The notes under the pieces are model-generated. The model worked only from the letters and a program-made list of their open reading frames with translations, was not told the origin of the DNA and did no database searches. 64,000 nucleotides of DNA from a virus. Both the position numbers and the translations under genes were made by a program. Shown here piece after piece: positions 55,988-64,000 of this stretch; within the stretch, counting starts at the first letter, position 1; each line of letters starts with the position of its first letter. The stretch is from IMG/VR virus record IMGVR_UViG_3300035703_000022, positions 74,530 through 138,529 of that record; one strand, given 5' to 3'.

Positions 55988-58027
55988 GCCTCTTGTAGTT
56001 ACGGTATTGAGTGTATCAGTTTCAGCAGCTATATAATTATTAGTGTCAACAGAACCATCAGCCTTTAAGAATTGACTTGAGGTTCCTCCAATCTTAATAA
56101 ATGCTGATGATGTAACTACTCCAGAAACATTAACTTGTTTAGCAAATAATGTAGTTCCTGTTACTGTAGTGATGCCAGCAAATGTTGATAATCCACTAAC
56201 ATTAAGTTGCTGTGCTGTTAGATTAGTTGATGTAGTAACTCCAAGAGTTGAGACTCCAGAATTTATTTGACCACTAAATGTTACCGCAGTAACAATACCA
56301 GAAGAATTAATATTTCTTACAACTGATAAGTCATGTTGAGTAAATTGAACATTACCAGCAGCAAGTCTTGTACCAGTAGGAAACTGAGTGCTTCCAATAC
56401 CAATGGCATAATTACTTAACCAAGCATCAGTTCCGAGTCCAGAGAAAGTTCCGGACTTGAACCACATAATTTTCTTATATGTGGCAGGTGCAGTTTCAAT
56501 TCCGGCAATAAACAAATTAACTAATGGCGATCCTTCAGTAGAAGCAAGAGCAACGCCACCGTGATTGGCAGTAGTATCATTTGAAACATCATTACCAAAT
56601 GTATCAGTCCTATATCCAAGAACAATATCTGGATCAGTAACAACTAATTCTTGAACATTAACAAATGCTGTTGTTCCCCCAATAGTGATATTTCCAGTTA
56701 CATTCAAATTACGATTAACTTGAAGGTCTCTTGTAACTGTTACGTCTTGTGGTGCAGTAAATTGACTTGGGATACTTAATGTTGGAGTTGATCCTTCACC
56801 AGTTCCAGAAGTAACTGTTATTTGATTTGAAGTTCCAGTGATGTTTGTTACATAATCACCAGTCGTATCTGTACCAAGTCCAACTGAATTTGGTTGGATA
56901 GTTGCTGCTAATGATACATTACCAGTGCCATCAAAACTGATTGGTGAAGCAACTATATCTCCAGTAATTTCAAAGGTTCTTGCTGTTGCAAGTTTTGTTG
57001 CGGTTGTGGCAGTTCCTGTTAATGCCCCTATGAATGTGGTTGCTGTAACGACACCAGAAACCTTTGCGTCTCCTACAACATCGAGTTTTGATGTTGGTGT
57101 TGCGGAACCAATACCCAAATTAGTTCCAGTATTGATAAGAACAGTTCCAACTCCAGCAGTTGGTCCAATGTTAATATTAGTAAATGAACCAGCACCACCG
57201 CCAGTACCAAAGTTAATTGTTTTGGTTGTTCCAATACCCGATATGCCTGCTTGAATATTGGTTGTTTGTGATGCAATTGATCTTCCTAGTGTAATCGTAC
57301 CTGTTTGAGATGTACCACCTAACGTTAATGCGCCAGATGTCTGAGAACCTACTGTAAATGCTTGTGTCGTTTGGGAAAATGTCGCAGCAGAATTTCCCTG
57401 AGATAGGGTACTATTAAGTTGTACAGCTCCATCAAAAGTAGAACCACTGGAAACTCTTATTGTTCCAAGAATATCTAAGTTTGCTCTTGGTTGTGTTGAT
57501 CCAATTCCAAGATTGTTGGGTCCAGGATTGAAAACAATAGAACTACTAGAAACACTGATGCTAGATATAGTTCCAGAAGTAGACGGAGATAATAATGGAT
57601 AATATGTTTGATTGTCATCAATGTTTTGAATTGTATTTGCTATCAATCCATTTAATTGTGATCCATCCCCATAGTAAGTAACAATTCCTGCAGTACCGAC
57701 AATTGCTCCAGAACCAACGGGAGTAATTATAAAATTACCAATTGTAGAAACGCCAGAAACATTAAGTTGTTTAGCAAATAATGTGCTTCCCGTAACTGTA
57801 GTAATGCCAGTAAAAGTAGAAACACCGGCATTAATTTGTCCATTAAAAGTAGTTGCCGTAACTACACCAGAAACTAATAAACTACCCTCGATGTCGAGAG
57901 ATGATCTGGCATTTGTAGTTCCAATTCCAACCTTCCCAGTAACGTCTAATACGGTACTGTTTTCTGTATAAGAATTAATACCAACTTTTAAATTTCTTTG
58001 ACGATTACTGAGATAACCTTTTGCCAT
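50927..58027 (-). CDS. giant repetitive tail-fibre protein
   Basis: 2366 aa; repeated GGTSSQFLKADGSVD, TGNIVTGVVTT and GISTLGVTST modules. Confidence 0.85.
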   Translation of the reverse strand: MAKGYLSNRQRNLKVGINSYTENSTVLDVTGKVGIGTTNARSSLDIEGSLLVSGVVTATTFNGQINAGVSTFTGITTVTGSTLFAKQLNVSGVSTIGNFIITPVGSGAIVGTAGIVTYYGDGSQLNGLIANTIQNIDDNQTYYPLLSPSTSGTISSISVSSSSIVFNPGPNNLGIGSTQPRANLDILGTIRVSSGSTFDGAVQLNSTLSQGNSAATFSQTTQAFTVGSQTSGALTLGGTSQTGTITLGRSIASQTTNIQAGISGIGTTKTINFGTGGGAGSFTNINIGPTAGVGTVLINTGTNLGIGSATPTSKLDVVGDAKVSGVVTATTFIGALTGTATTATKLATARTFEITGDIVASPISFDGTGNVSLAATIQPNSVGLGTDTTGDYVTNITGTSNQITVTSGTGEGSTPTLSIPSQFTAPQDVTVTRDLQVNRNLNVTGNITIGGTTAFVNVQELVVTDPDIVLGYRTDTFGNDVSNDTTANHGGVALASTEGSPLVNLFIAGIETAPATYKKIMWFKSGTFSGLGTDAWLSNYAIGIGSTQFPTGTRLAAGNVQFTQHDLSVVRNINSSGIVTAVTFSGQINSGVSTLGVTTSTNLTAQQLNVSGLSTFAGITTVTGTTLFAKQVNVSGVVTSSAFIKIGGTSSQFLKADGSVDTNNYIAAETDTLNTVTTRGNTTTNGISVGVLTATSGNFSGIITSSGVNVSGVVTAVTFNGQVNAGVGTITSLNSTSAIITNLSGTNLNYSGIGTLSRLILTANGAPTTPQLQFTGSTSAWIDFGQIGVGVPAFTTRSAGTKLVLWNRVDGSNADYAFGISSGPDTLWSSVSSPVARFAWYAGTSEIASLSGTGNLNISGVVTAVTFNGQVNAGVGTITTLSGTTATYTNGNLTTLNVTTGNIVTGVVTTLSGTTATYTTGNFTTGNIVTGVVTTLSGTTATYTTGNFTTGNIVTGVVTTLTSTNATLTNINSSGISTLGVTSTTNLTTQQLSVSGLTTFAGITTVTGTTLFAKQVNVSGVVTATTFIGSLTGTATSTTNIPNLSGDITSVNTVTTLTTVNGNVGTYGDAGAIPRVTVNAKGLVTGVSTVAPNNGTLTLSVSGTGLSGSSTFTANQSGNSTFTVTSNATSDNTNNTIVSRNASGGFSAGIITATQFSTGASGTGINITTNTLSGPAELIIDPSSVGDNTGAVRIKGDLYVDGTQTVINSTTIELADFNVGIATTIGTNALLDGAGIGIGSTNIRKTINWNNTLSALSSSENWNLASGKNYKIGGTDVLTSTTLGTSVVNSSLTSVGTLGQLNVSGVSTLGVTTFTGLVSFGTSAYFGDSDIAYFGDGNDLQILHDGTNSYVADYGVGRLVFASNGAGVDIVKAPFENIASFNTDGSVELYYDNSKEFETTGYGATVFGILQSQGLQVNTGVSTVGFLTATGIWNSGITTASAFIKIGGTSSQFLKADGSVDTNNYIAAETDTLNTVTNRGNTTTNGISVGVLTATSGNFSGIITSSGASIYGVVDATTFDGQVVSGLATITTLLGTTIISDTGNFTTGNIVTGVVTTLTSTNATLTNINSSGISTLGVTSTTNLTTQQLNVSGVSTFSGITTVTGTTLFAKQVNVSGVVTATTFIGALTGTATSTTNIPNLSGDVSSNNTVTTLATVNGNVGTYGDAGAIPRVTVNAKGLVTGVSTVAPNNGQLSLAVSGTGLSGSATFTANQSGNSTFTVTSNATSVNTVSTIVARDASGNFNAGIITATLSGNASSATYATSSGIATYATSSGIATYATTAGIASALTASASVNTTGIITASQFTTGSGFIGITTNTISGPAELIIDPAAVGNNTGLVRIRGDLYVDGTQTIINSSTIELADFNVGIATTVGTNALLDGAGIGIGSTGIRKTITWNNAASALTSSEDWNLVSGKQYEINGTSVLNATTLGSGVVNSSLTSVGTLGQLNVSGISTVGFLTATGIWNSGVTTSSAFVKIGGTSSQFLKADGSVDSNTYLTAFSETDTLNTVTTRGNTTTNGISVGVLTATSGNFSGIITSSGVNVSGVVTAVTFNGQVNAGVGTITTLSGTTATYTNANLTTLNVTTGNIVTGVVTTLTSTNVTLTNINSSGISTLGVTSTTNLTSQQLNVSGVSTFAGITTVTGTTLFAKQVNVSGISTFESVKLGNIIYDSNNNPGSSNYVLSSNGPGSPWSWKIVTETGAGILDAINVKVNGSDVGFGATNTTIDFYSSNITGTQPISGIASIRLTDTPTFTSYSTPYTLQGSSTSSTSSTSQVGIHSAISSTTYRSVEYMIQATEGSKFHTTKILVIHDGTTSYLTEYGTIYNDSILSTYDVDISGGNIRLLSTPASSGITTYMISFTATKA
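55145..55322. repeat. 75-nt tandem coding repeat
   Basis: taaggtagt recurs at 55145, 55220 and 55295. Confidence 0.85.
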
Positions 58028-58036
58028 TGTTTTATA

Positions 58037-58366
58037 TTAATTGAGAGTTTCTAGGATGCTTACAATAAATTTCAAATTAGTTCCATTACTACCTGATAAT
58101 ACTAATTTATCTCCATTCTCAAGTACTAATTTTCCAGACAAAAGATTTGCGGTATCATTTCCATCAATTGGATAATTTTTTAACATTTCAGTATCAGTAG
58201 AACTTCTACGGTGTATTAAAGTTATATCCTCAGAAGTTTCACCAATATTTGCTACTTGTGCTAAGAGAACAACTCCCGTATATCCAACTGGTGCTGTATA
58301 AACTTCTGTTGGACTTGTAGATACAACCGCAGTTACTGTTTGAAATATATTAAGTGGTAATGCCAT
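58037..58366 (-). CDS. small virion-associated protein
   Basis: 109 aa; GGAG SD; similar in style to 39355-39717. Confidence 0.7.
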   Translation of the reverse strand: MALPLNIFQTVTAVVSTSPTEVYTAPVGYTGVVLLAQVANIGETSEDITLIHRRSSTDTEMLKNYPIDGNDTANLLSGKLVLENGDKLVLSGSNGTNLKFIVSILETLN

Positions 58367-58370
58367 TTTA

Positions 58371-60248
58371 TCAGTCTCCTCCTAATGCGAGTATAAATGG
58401 TGTCATTGTTGAAAATAAACTTTTAGTATAAGATGTGCCACTAATAGTTCCTGTTTGTTGATTAATTGCAACACCATCACCGATACGGAAATTACCAGAT
58501 TGGTCAGTGCTTGTATAAACAACAAGACCCCCATTTCTCATATCAGTCTCATTTTCTTGAATTGGGACTCCACCCTGAGCGGGGAGAGCAGTATCAATAT
58601 TTGTTCCAGATCCAATATATTCAAGTGAATGTCCAGATGCTAATATTCTACTTTGTTTAAAAAAGGGAACCGTACTACCAATTCCTACACTATAAGGGAC
58701 AATATCAGTAAGAGTAATAGTACAAATCCCAGCAGAAATTGGTGTCGATCGTTGGATAGCATAATAAGTTGGAATTAAGTTTACAGTCCCAGTTGCAGAA
58801 TTGACCCCGACACTAGGCATACCAAAAGATGCTGTGGGAGGAATAGATCCATACCCTCTCCCATTAGAAACTATTTCAACGTTAACAACAGATCCATTTA
58901 CAACCTCTGCAATTGCTGTTGCAGGAATTCCCCAATCAGTTGAAGGAGAATCAATCGTCACGGTAGTATTTCCAGTATATCCAGTTCCTCCAGAACTTAC
59001 TGTTATTCCACCCACAGTATAATAAAGATTTTCAAAGTAAACAACTTGACCATCAAAAGGTCTCACTACATTAATTTTTACTGCTCCGCCAGAATTGTAA
59101 ACATGGGGTAGAGTTGAAGTACCCACATATGCAGAAAAACTATTTGGAGAATTGACAGAAGACACGTTAAAAACATATCCATAATTTCCAGACGGATAAG
59201 TAACAATTCCTGGCCCTGATGGACAAGTAAATTCAAGTCCTGAAATCGTAACTCCCATTCCAACATTAAGATTATGATTAGAAGTAGTAGTAACTGTCAA
59301 AATACCAGTTACGTTATTATAAGATGCAGTTTGAACTCCAAGAGTTGGTACATTCAAATCCAAAACGAAAGTATCACTATTTGAACTGGTAGAAGTTGAA
59401 ATAATACCGGTATATTGAAGCGAACTTACTCCATCAGAAACAAGAGCATAATTTCCAAAAGAAGCATTTGAGTTCGTTAGATCGCAAGCACCACCAGATC
59501 CACAAAATACTGCAATGTCGTTACAGATAGTAAACAATGAAACTAACTGAGCATATCCACTATTAGTTATAGAAACGCCAATGCCCCCCTGATTATATTG
59601 TGTAAAGGAATCAGTGACCATTGACTTAGTTGGACCAATGACATTATTACCATCAATCTTCATTCCAATACTGTTAGAAATGAAGTTTGTGCAGTTACGA
59701 ATATAGGGTGACTGATCTGAATATCTGACTATATCCGGATCAAAAGCAAAACATGCCTTACCAGGATTTAGTGTTCCCGTATAAGACATTTCAGTTATGT
59801 AATTTCCTGGAGCTACATGAAACAAGTCTTGATTCGGGTTTTGTGGAACCACCGAAACTTCTCGTAAACTGTCCCCAACAACACTAATTTGAGGTCCAAG
59901 CTTAATTGGATTATCTTCTACATAAGTCCCAGAAGATATTTTAACAACTGCTCCAGGAATCGTAGATGCCACTGACACTGCTGCTTTAATAGTCAGTTTT
60001 GCATCGCCAAGTTTTTTTCCAGTATTATTATCATTCCCATCTTTTGTAACATAAAAAATATTGGTAACTGTTGTTCCAGCACCAAGTCTTACTATGTCAG
60101 TACCAATTCCGACTCTAGAACGTAAAGTATATAATTCTGCGTCAAATGTATTAAGACCGAGTTCCCCCGACAACAGTTGATCTACTGTTGGTTTCTTGCC
60201 AGGAACTGAGGATCTTCTAATCCTGAAAATAGGATTTGTGTCTATCAT
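58371..60248 (-). CDS. tail-fibre/tailspike-like protein
   Basis: IRRSSVPGKKPT...GELGLNTFD (T4 gp34-like N-terminus) then YVTKDGND...TIKAA beta-helix cap. Confidence 0.75.
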   Translation of the reverse strand: MIDTNPIFRIRRSSVPGKKPTVDQLLSGELGLNTFDAELYTLRSRVGIGTDIVRLGAGTTVTNIFYVTKDGNDNNTGKKLGDAKLTIKAAVSVASTIPGAVVKISSGTYVEDNPIKLGPQISVVGDSLREVSVVPQNPNQDLFHVAPGNYITEMSYTGTLNPGKACFAFDPDIVRYSDQSPYIRNCTNFISNSIGMKIDGNNVIGPTKSMVTDSFTQYNQGGIGVSITNSGYAQLVSLFTICNDIAVFCGSGGACDLTNSNASFGNYALVSDGVSSLQYTGIISTSTSSNSDTFVLDLNVPTLGVQTASYNNVTGILTVTTTSNHNLNVGMGVTISGLEFTCPSGPGIVTYPSGNYGYVFNVSSVNSPNSFSAYVGTSTLPHVYNSGGAVKINVVRPFDGQVVYFENLYYTVGGITVSSGGTGYTGNTTVTIDSPSTDWGIPATAIAEVVNGSVVNVEIVSNGRGYGSIPPTASFGMPSVGVNSATGTVNLIPTYYAIQRSTPISAGICTITLTDIVPYSVGIGSTVPFFKQSRILASGHSLEYIGSGTNIDTALPAQGGVPIQENETDMRNGGLVVYTSTDQSGNFRIGDGVAINQQTGTISGTSYTKSLFSTMTPFILALGGD

Positions 60249-60321
60249 TCAATTAATTTGTGGTATAAACCGTAATAAACTTCAATGAATATTGAAGTTT
60301 TAGTTATTTATATCTTTAAAA

Positions 60322-60681
60322 CTAATACTCCCCACAATCTATAATAGTATGTTGAAGAAATCTTTCACTACCAATAGCAACGATTACCGTTGAAATTCCG
60401 GCACTATCATTAAACACCAAACTTCCTCCAACACCAATACTACCAACGACTGTAAGTTTTTCTGTTGGAGAAGTAGTTCCTATTCCAACACTTTTAAAAG
60501 TGGTTACGCCAGTATTATTTTGATCCCATTTACCCACTGTTCCTGGAGCAGGCAAATTAATTCCATCGCCATATGTAGCATAGACTTCAGTAAAATTGGA
60601 ATTAACTTTTAATGCTCCATCATATAAAGTATCGGCACCTACTCCAAAAACATCTCCGGTTTCTATACCTACTTTAGCCAT
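60322..60681 (-). CDS. small baseplate/tail-associated protein
   Basis: gp9/gp10-like N-terminus (DTLYDGALKVNSNFTEVY) and VGIGTTSP. Confidence 0.6.
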   Translation of the reverse strand: MAKVGIETGDVFGVGADTLYDGALKVNSNFTEVYATYGDGINLPAPGTVGKWDQNNTGVTTFKSVGIGTTSPTEKLTVVGSIGVGGSLVFNDSAGISTVIVAIGSERFLQHTIIDCGEY

Positions 60682-60728
60682 TAAAAATTTTTAAATAGTT
60701 CTCTATTAATATTTAGAGTCCACAGAAC

Positions 60729-61295
60729 TCAGGACCTATTACCCCACTGAATATCAGGATAAGCATCAGAAACATTTTGTTTAGAAATTTTATACTTAGT
60801 TTGAAGTTTTTTGTCTTTAACAAGCATGAGAATTTCAGCCTCAAGAGGATGCAGGCCTTCTAGAATATTAATAAACATCGTTTCCCTCTTTCTACTTGAG
60901 AGACGATCATTGCCACCTTTTACAAAATTATAAAAGTAAGTATATTCTTGACGAATAGAAGTTTTGCCTTGATCTTGAGAACCAATTGAGTTGGAATTGA
61001 GTTCACTCATCATCTCAACAGCTCTATTAATATTATCACTCAGATTGCCGGAAACTACATTTTGTTGACCGACACTTGCGTATGGAACAAGTCCTTCTGG
61101 TAATTCTGAAATAACTGTTTCGTCAAAATTCCAAATTAGAATTGTTGTCAATGACGGATGAGAATATTTTTTAAGAATCTCTACTTTTTTTGTATTTGAT
61201 TTTTGTTCAGATACAAGAGAAAGTACTTCAAAAGCAAAGGGGTTTGAGGGTAGATCTTCCGAAACTACCCTCGGAATTTGAGTTTTAGTAGCCAT
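60729..61295 (-). CDS. conserved T4-like hypothetical protein
   Basis: LPEGLVPY and RETMFINILEGLHPLEAE motifs, usually found near nrdB in cyanomyoviruses. Confidence 0.75.
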   Translation of the reverse strand: MATKTQIPRVVSEDLPSNPFAFEVLSLVSEQKSNTKKVEILKKYSHPSLTTILIWNFDETVISELPEGLVPYASVGQQNVVSGNLSDNINRAVEMMSELNSNSIGSQDQGKTSIRQEYTYFYNFVKGGNDRLSSRKRETMFINILEGLHPLEAEILMLVKDKKLQTKYKISKQNVSDAYPDIQWGNRS

Positions 61296-61332
61296 AAGAC
61301 TTATTTCAATTCAGTTGTTATTAATATTTAGA

Positions 61333-62478
61333 TCAGAGTTTGAACCCAGCAAAAGTATCTTTCTTCACATCTTGTTTGATACCACCAACAACATAAGACT
61401 CAACTTCCGTTTCTTGTGGAGCAACTTGAAGACCCTTAGAAGAAATCCAATGTTCTGTCCATGGAAGTGGATTGTTCTTTGCAGGAACATCATAGATTGG
61501 TTTGAGACCAATAGACTTCATACGACGATTTGCGATCCACTCAACATAGTTATTGAGAAGTTTGTCATTAAGACCAATCATAGATCCATCCTTGAATAGG
61601 TATTTAGCCCATTCTTTTTCTTCATTTACGCACTTACGGAAACAATCAGTTACCCACTGCTCTTCTTCTTTAGCAATTTCTTGCATTTCCGCATCATCCC
61701 CTTCACGCCACTTATTGAGGATGTTTTGAGTAATGACAAGGTGTTGATTTTCGTCTCTTGCGATGAGAGAGATAATTTTAGCGGATCCTTCCATAAGCTT
61801 GAGTTCACCAAACGCAAACGAGCAAGCGAACGAGACATAGAACCGGATACCTTCGAGAATATTGACATTTGCAACAGCACGATAGAGTTTACGCTTAAGT
61901 TCCTTACGAGCTTCACGAAATGATCCTGCACCCTCTTGTGCATGAATCCATTCATTAGAAGTGCCATATTGTTGTGCAGCATTAATAAAGTCATTGTATG
62001 CTTCAGTAACAGAGGTTGCACGACTTACAATCTTTTCATCATCTAGGATATGATCAAAGACTTCCGCAGCATCAGGATAAACATTCTTAATAATGTAAGT
62101 ATATGAACGACTATGGATCATCTCCATAAATCCCCACACCTCCATACATGCCTCAAGTTCTGGAAGAGAACAATATGGAATAAATGCCATACCAGGTCCA
62201 CGACCCTGTACAGAATCTAACATAATCTGATACTTCAAGTTAGAAGTGAAAATATGTTTTTGTTCTGGACGAAGTAGTTGATAATCACTACGATCCTTCT
62301 GAAGGGAAACCTCTTCAGGTCTCCAGAAGTATCCGAGTTGTTGTTGGGTCAGTTTATCAAATACTGGATACTTATAGTGATCATAACGCTGCAAACCTAG
62401 TGGTTGACCAAAAAACATTGGTTGTTTGCGGGTATCAACATCAGTACTGGTGTTGAATACGGTCATTCCTTCTACCAT
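61333..62478 (-). CDS. nrdB: ribonucleotide reductase class Ia beta subunit
   Basis: FWRPEEV, EMIHSRSY, EGIRFY, DENQH and VAPQETE; AAGGAG SD before ATG 62478. Confidence 0.95.
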   Translation of the reverse strand: MVEGMTVFNTSTDVDTRKQPMFFGQPLGLQRYDHYKYPVFDKLTQQQLGYFWRPEEVSLQKDRSDYQLLRPEQKHIFTSNLKYQIMLDSVQGRGPGMAFIPYCSLPELEACMEVWGFMEMIHSRSYTYIIKNVYPDAAEVFDHILDDEKIVSRATSVTEAYNDFINAAQQYGTSNEWIHAQEGAGSFREARKELKRKLYRAVANVNILEGIRFYVSFACSFAFGELKLMEGSAKIISLIARDENQHLVITQNILNKWREGDDAEMQEIAKEEEQWVTDCFRKCVNEEKEWAKYLFKDGSMIGLNDKLLNNYVEWIANRRMKSIGLKPIYDVPAKNNPLPWTEHWISSKGLQVAPQETEVESYVVGGIKQDVKKDTFAGFKL

Positions 62479-62497
62479 TTGAAACTCCTTTTGTATA

Positions 62498-64000
62498 CTA
62501 GATTTTGCAGCTTTCACAATCTTCCTCACTAGACTCCATAATTTGTTCAAGTAATTTGTTTAGTTGATCCTTAGTAGTTTCCTCCTTAACTTCATCAGTC
62601 TTATGATCATATGTATTCTGATAATAACTTGTCTTCCAACCATACTTATAAGTCCTTAGAAGGTCTTGTGCCATGACTGAAGTAGGAACCTCATTATCAG
62701 GATAATTTTCTGGGTTATAAGACCAATTTCCACTGATAGCCTGATCAAAGAATTTCTGCATTACAGAGACAATATTAATATAACCAGTGTTATCAGGCAT
62801 ATCCCAGAGAAGAGTATAATTATTCTTGAGAGAACCATACTGTGGAACAATTTGTTTAAGAGGCCCTTTCTTTGATTTCTTAATGGACAAGTATCCCCTA
62901 GGAGGCTCAATGCCATTGGTGGCATTTGACACAACGGAACTGCTCTCTGAAGGCATCTGTGCTGACAGTGTTGAATGTCGTAGTCCATATGATTGAATAT
63001 CGGCACGTAAAGTTTCCCAATCATAGTTGAGGTGGTGTGGTACGATTTCGTCTACATCTTTTTTGTATGTATCAATAGGGAGAAGACCTTGATAATACTT
63101 TGTACGATTGAAATCCGTACATGCACCCTTCTCTTTTGATAATTGACTTGAAGCTTTCAACAAGTAATATTGAAATGCTTCTGTGAGACTATGAACTAAA
63201 TTCCAAGATTCTGGAGAATCATATTTTACTCCATGTTTTGCAAGGTAGTGTGCAAGTCCGATGTAACCAATACCAAGAGAACGACGAGCTTTTGTCGCAA
63301 GTTCTGCAGCATTTACTGGATAATCTTGATAATCAATTAATTCTTCAAGAGATCGAACGGAAAGATCACAAAGTTCTTCAAGATCATCTAACTCACGAAT
63401 CTTGCCCACATTAATTGCAGAAAGAATACATAAAGCAATTTCACCAGCAATGTCATCAATGTGTTGAAGTGGTTCTGTCGGAAGTGTAATTTCTTGACAG
63501 AGATTACTCATCCAAACTTTATCAATAAAAGAACTATGAGAATTGCAATGATCAATATTCATAATATAGATACGACCAGTTTCGGCACGTTCTTTCAAAA
63601 GATCAAGAATTAATTCCTGGGCTCTAACAGTCTTTCTTGGAATAGACTGATCTTGTTCTGCAGCCAAATAATAATCATCAAACTCTGGAAGTCCAAAAGA
63701 ATCAGATACTTCTGGGACATCATGGGGTGAAAAGAGAGACATCTCTTCATCATTGATGAACCTTTCATAAAAAAGTCTCGACAATTGAATAGAGTAGTCT
63801 AACTTACGAACACGATTATCTTCTGTTCCTTTGTTATTTTTTAATACTATAATATCTTCTATTTCTTTGTGCCAGATTGGGAAGTGGACTGTCGCGGATC
63901 CACCTCGTATGCCATTTTGCGTGCAACATCTGACAGTTGCTTCAAACTTCTTGAGAAATGGTACAACACCCGTGTGTTGAACTTCTCCACCTCTGATTTT
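62498..64000 (-). CDS. nrdA: ribonucleotide reductase class Ia alpha subunit, partial
   Basis: SNLCQEI, MPSESSS, TNGIEP and C-terminal CESCKI; the frame stays open to the window edge. Confidence 0.95.
   Translation of the reverse strand, partial: KIRGGEVQHTGVVPFLKKFEATVRCCTQNGIRGGSATVHFPIWHKEIEDIIVLKNNKGTEDNRVRKLDYSIQLSRLFYERFINDEEMSLFSPHDVPEVSDSFGLPEFDDYYLAAEQDQSIPRKTVRAQELILDLLKERAETGRIYIMNIDHCNSHSSFIDKVWMSNLCQEITLPTEPLQHIDDIAGEIALCILSAINVGKIRELDDLEELCDLSVRSLEELIDYQDYPVNAAELATKARRSLGIGYIGLAHYLAKHGVKYDSPESWNLVHSLTEAFQYYLLKASSQLSKEKGACTDFNRTKYYQGLLPIDTYKKDVDEIVPHHLNYDWETLRADIQSYGLRHSTLSAQMPSESSSVVSNATNGIEPPRGYLSIKKSKKGPLKQIVPQYGSLKNNYTLLWDMPDNTGYINIVSVMQKFFDQAISGNWSYNPENYPDNEVPTSVMAQDLLRTYKYGWKTSYYQNTYDHKTDEVKEETTKDQLNKLLEQIMESSEEDCESCKI

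Noticed and set aside
39759-58027. Possible CRISPR array or diversity-generating retroelement among the repeats
   Set aside because: Repeats are in-frame coding units without unique spacers; no adenine-specific mismatch pattern was noticed and no RT or cas gene is in the window.
33385-59266. Many 60-160 aa antisense or alternate-frame ORFs (Val/Pro/Thr-rich) inside the fibre genes
   Set aside because: Expected shadows of stop-poor Thr/Gly/Ser codon repeats; no independent expression signals seen.
62479-62550. N-terminal extension of NrdB overlapping nrdA
   Set aside because: A strong AAGGAG SD precedes ATG 62478, so the extension is an ORF-caller artefact.
61333-64000. Intron or intein in nrdA/nrdB
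   Set aside because: Both frames are continuous and of normal length within the window.

Overview
This window comes from a large T4-like cyanomyovirus, probably a freshwater Synechococcus/Cyanobium-type phage, and is coded almost entirely on the minus strand. From left to right it holds: (1) a glycan/nucleotide-sugar operon with two GT11 and one GT10-like glycosyltransferases, a nucleotide-sugar dehydrogenase, epimerases, methyltransferases and nadE (1-7.5 kb); (2) a wcaG-like RNA and an array of 27 tRNAs covering 19 amino acids (no Ala), interleaved with Dps, a Phd-like antitoxin, micro-ORFs and at least three non-tRNA structured RNAs (8.2-14.3 kb); (3) lysozyme, peptidase and lysis-type genes, with an apparent programmed -1 frameshift at GGGAAAG (14.3-21.3 kb); (4) an AT-rich island of tailoring enzymes (carbamoyltransferase, two twitch radical SAMs, an adenylating enzyme, a sulfotransferase, two SGNH-like proteins) in two blocks, each headed by an unannotated 34-aa peptide ending LQxxDPFIYK (21.4-31.9 kb); (5) giant tail-fibre and beta-propeller genes built from nucleotide-identical modules (32-60.7 kb); and (6) nrdB with partial nrdA. 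All calls come from reading motifs by eye; no database searches were run. The strongest leads are the DPFIYK-peptide-led enzyme operons, the frameshifted lysozyme, and an AUG-loop hairpin complementary to the anticodon loop of the adjacent tRNA-Met.
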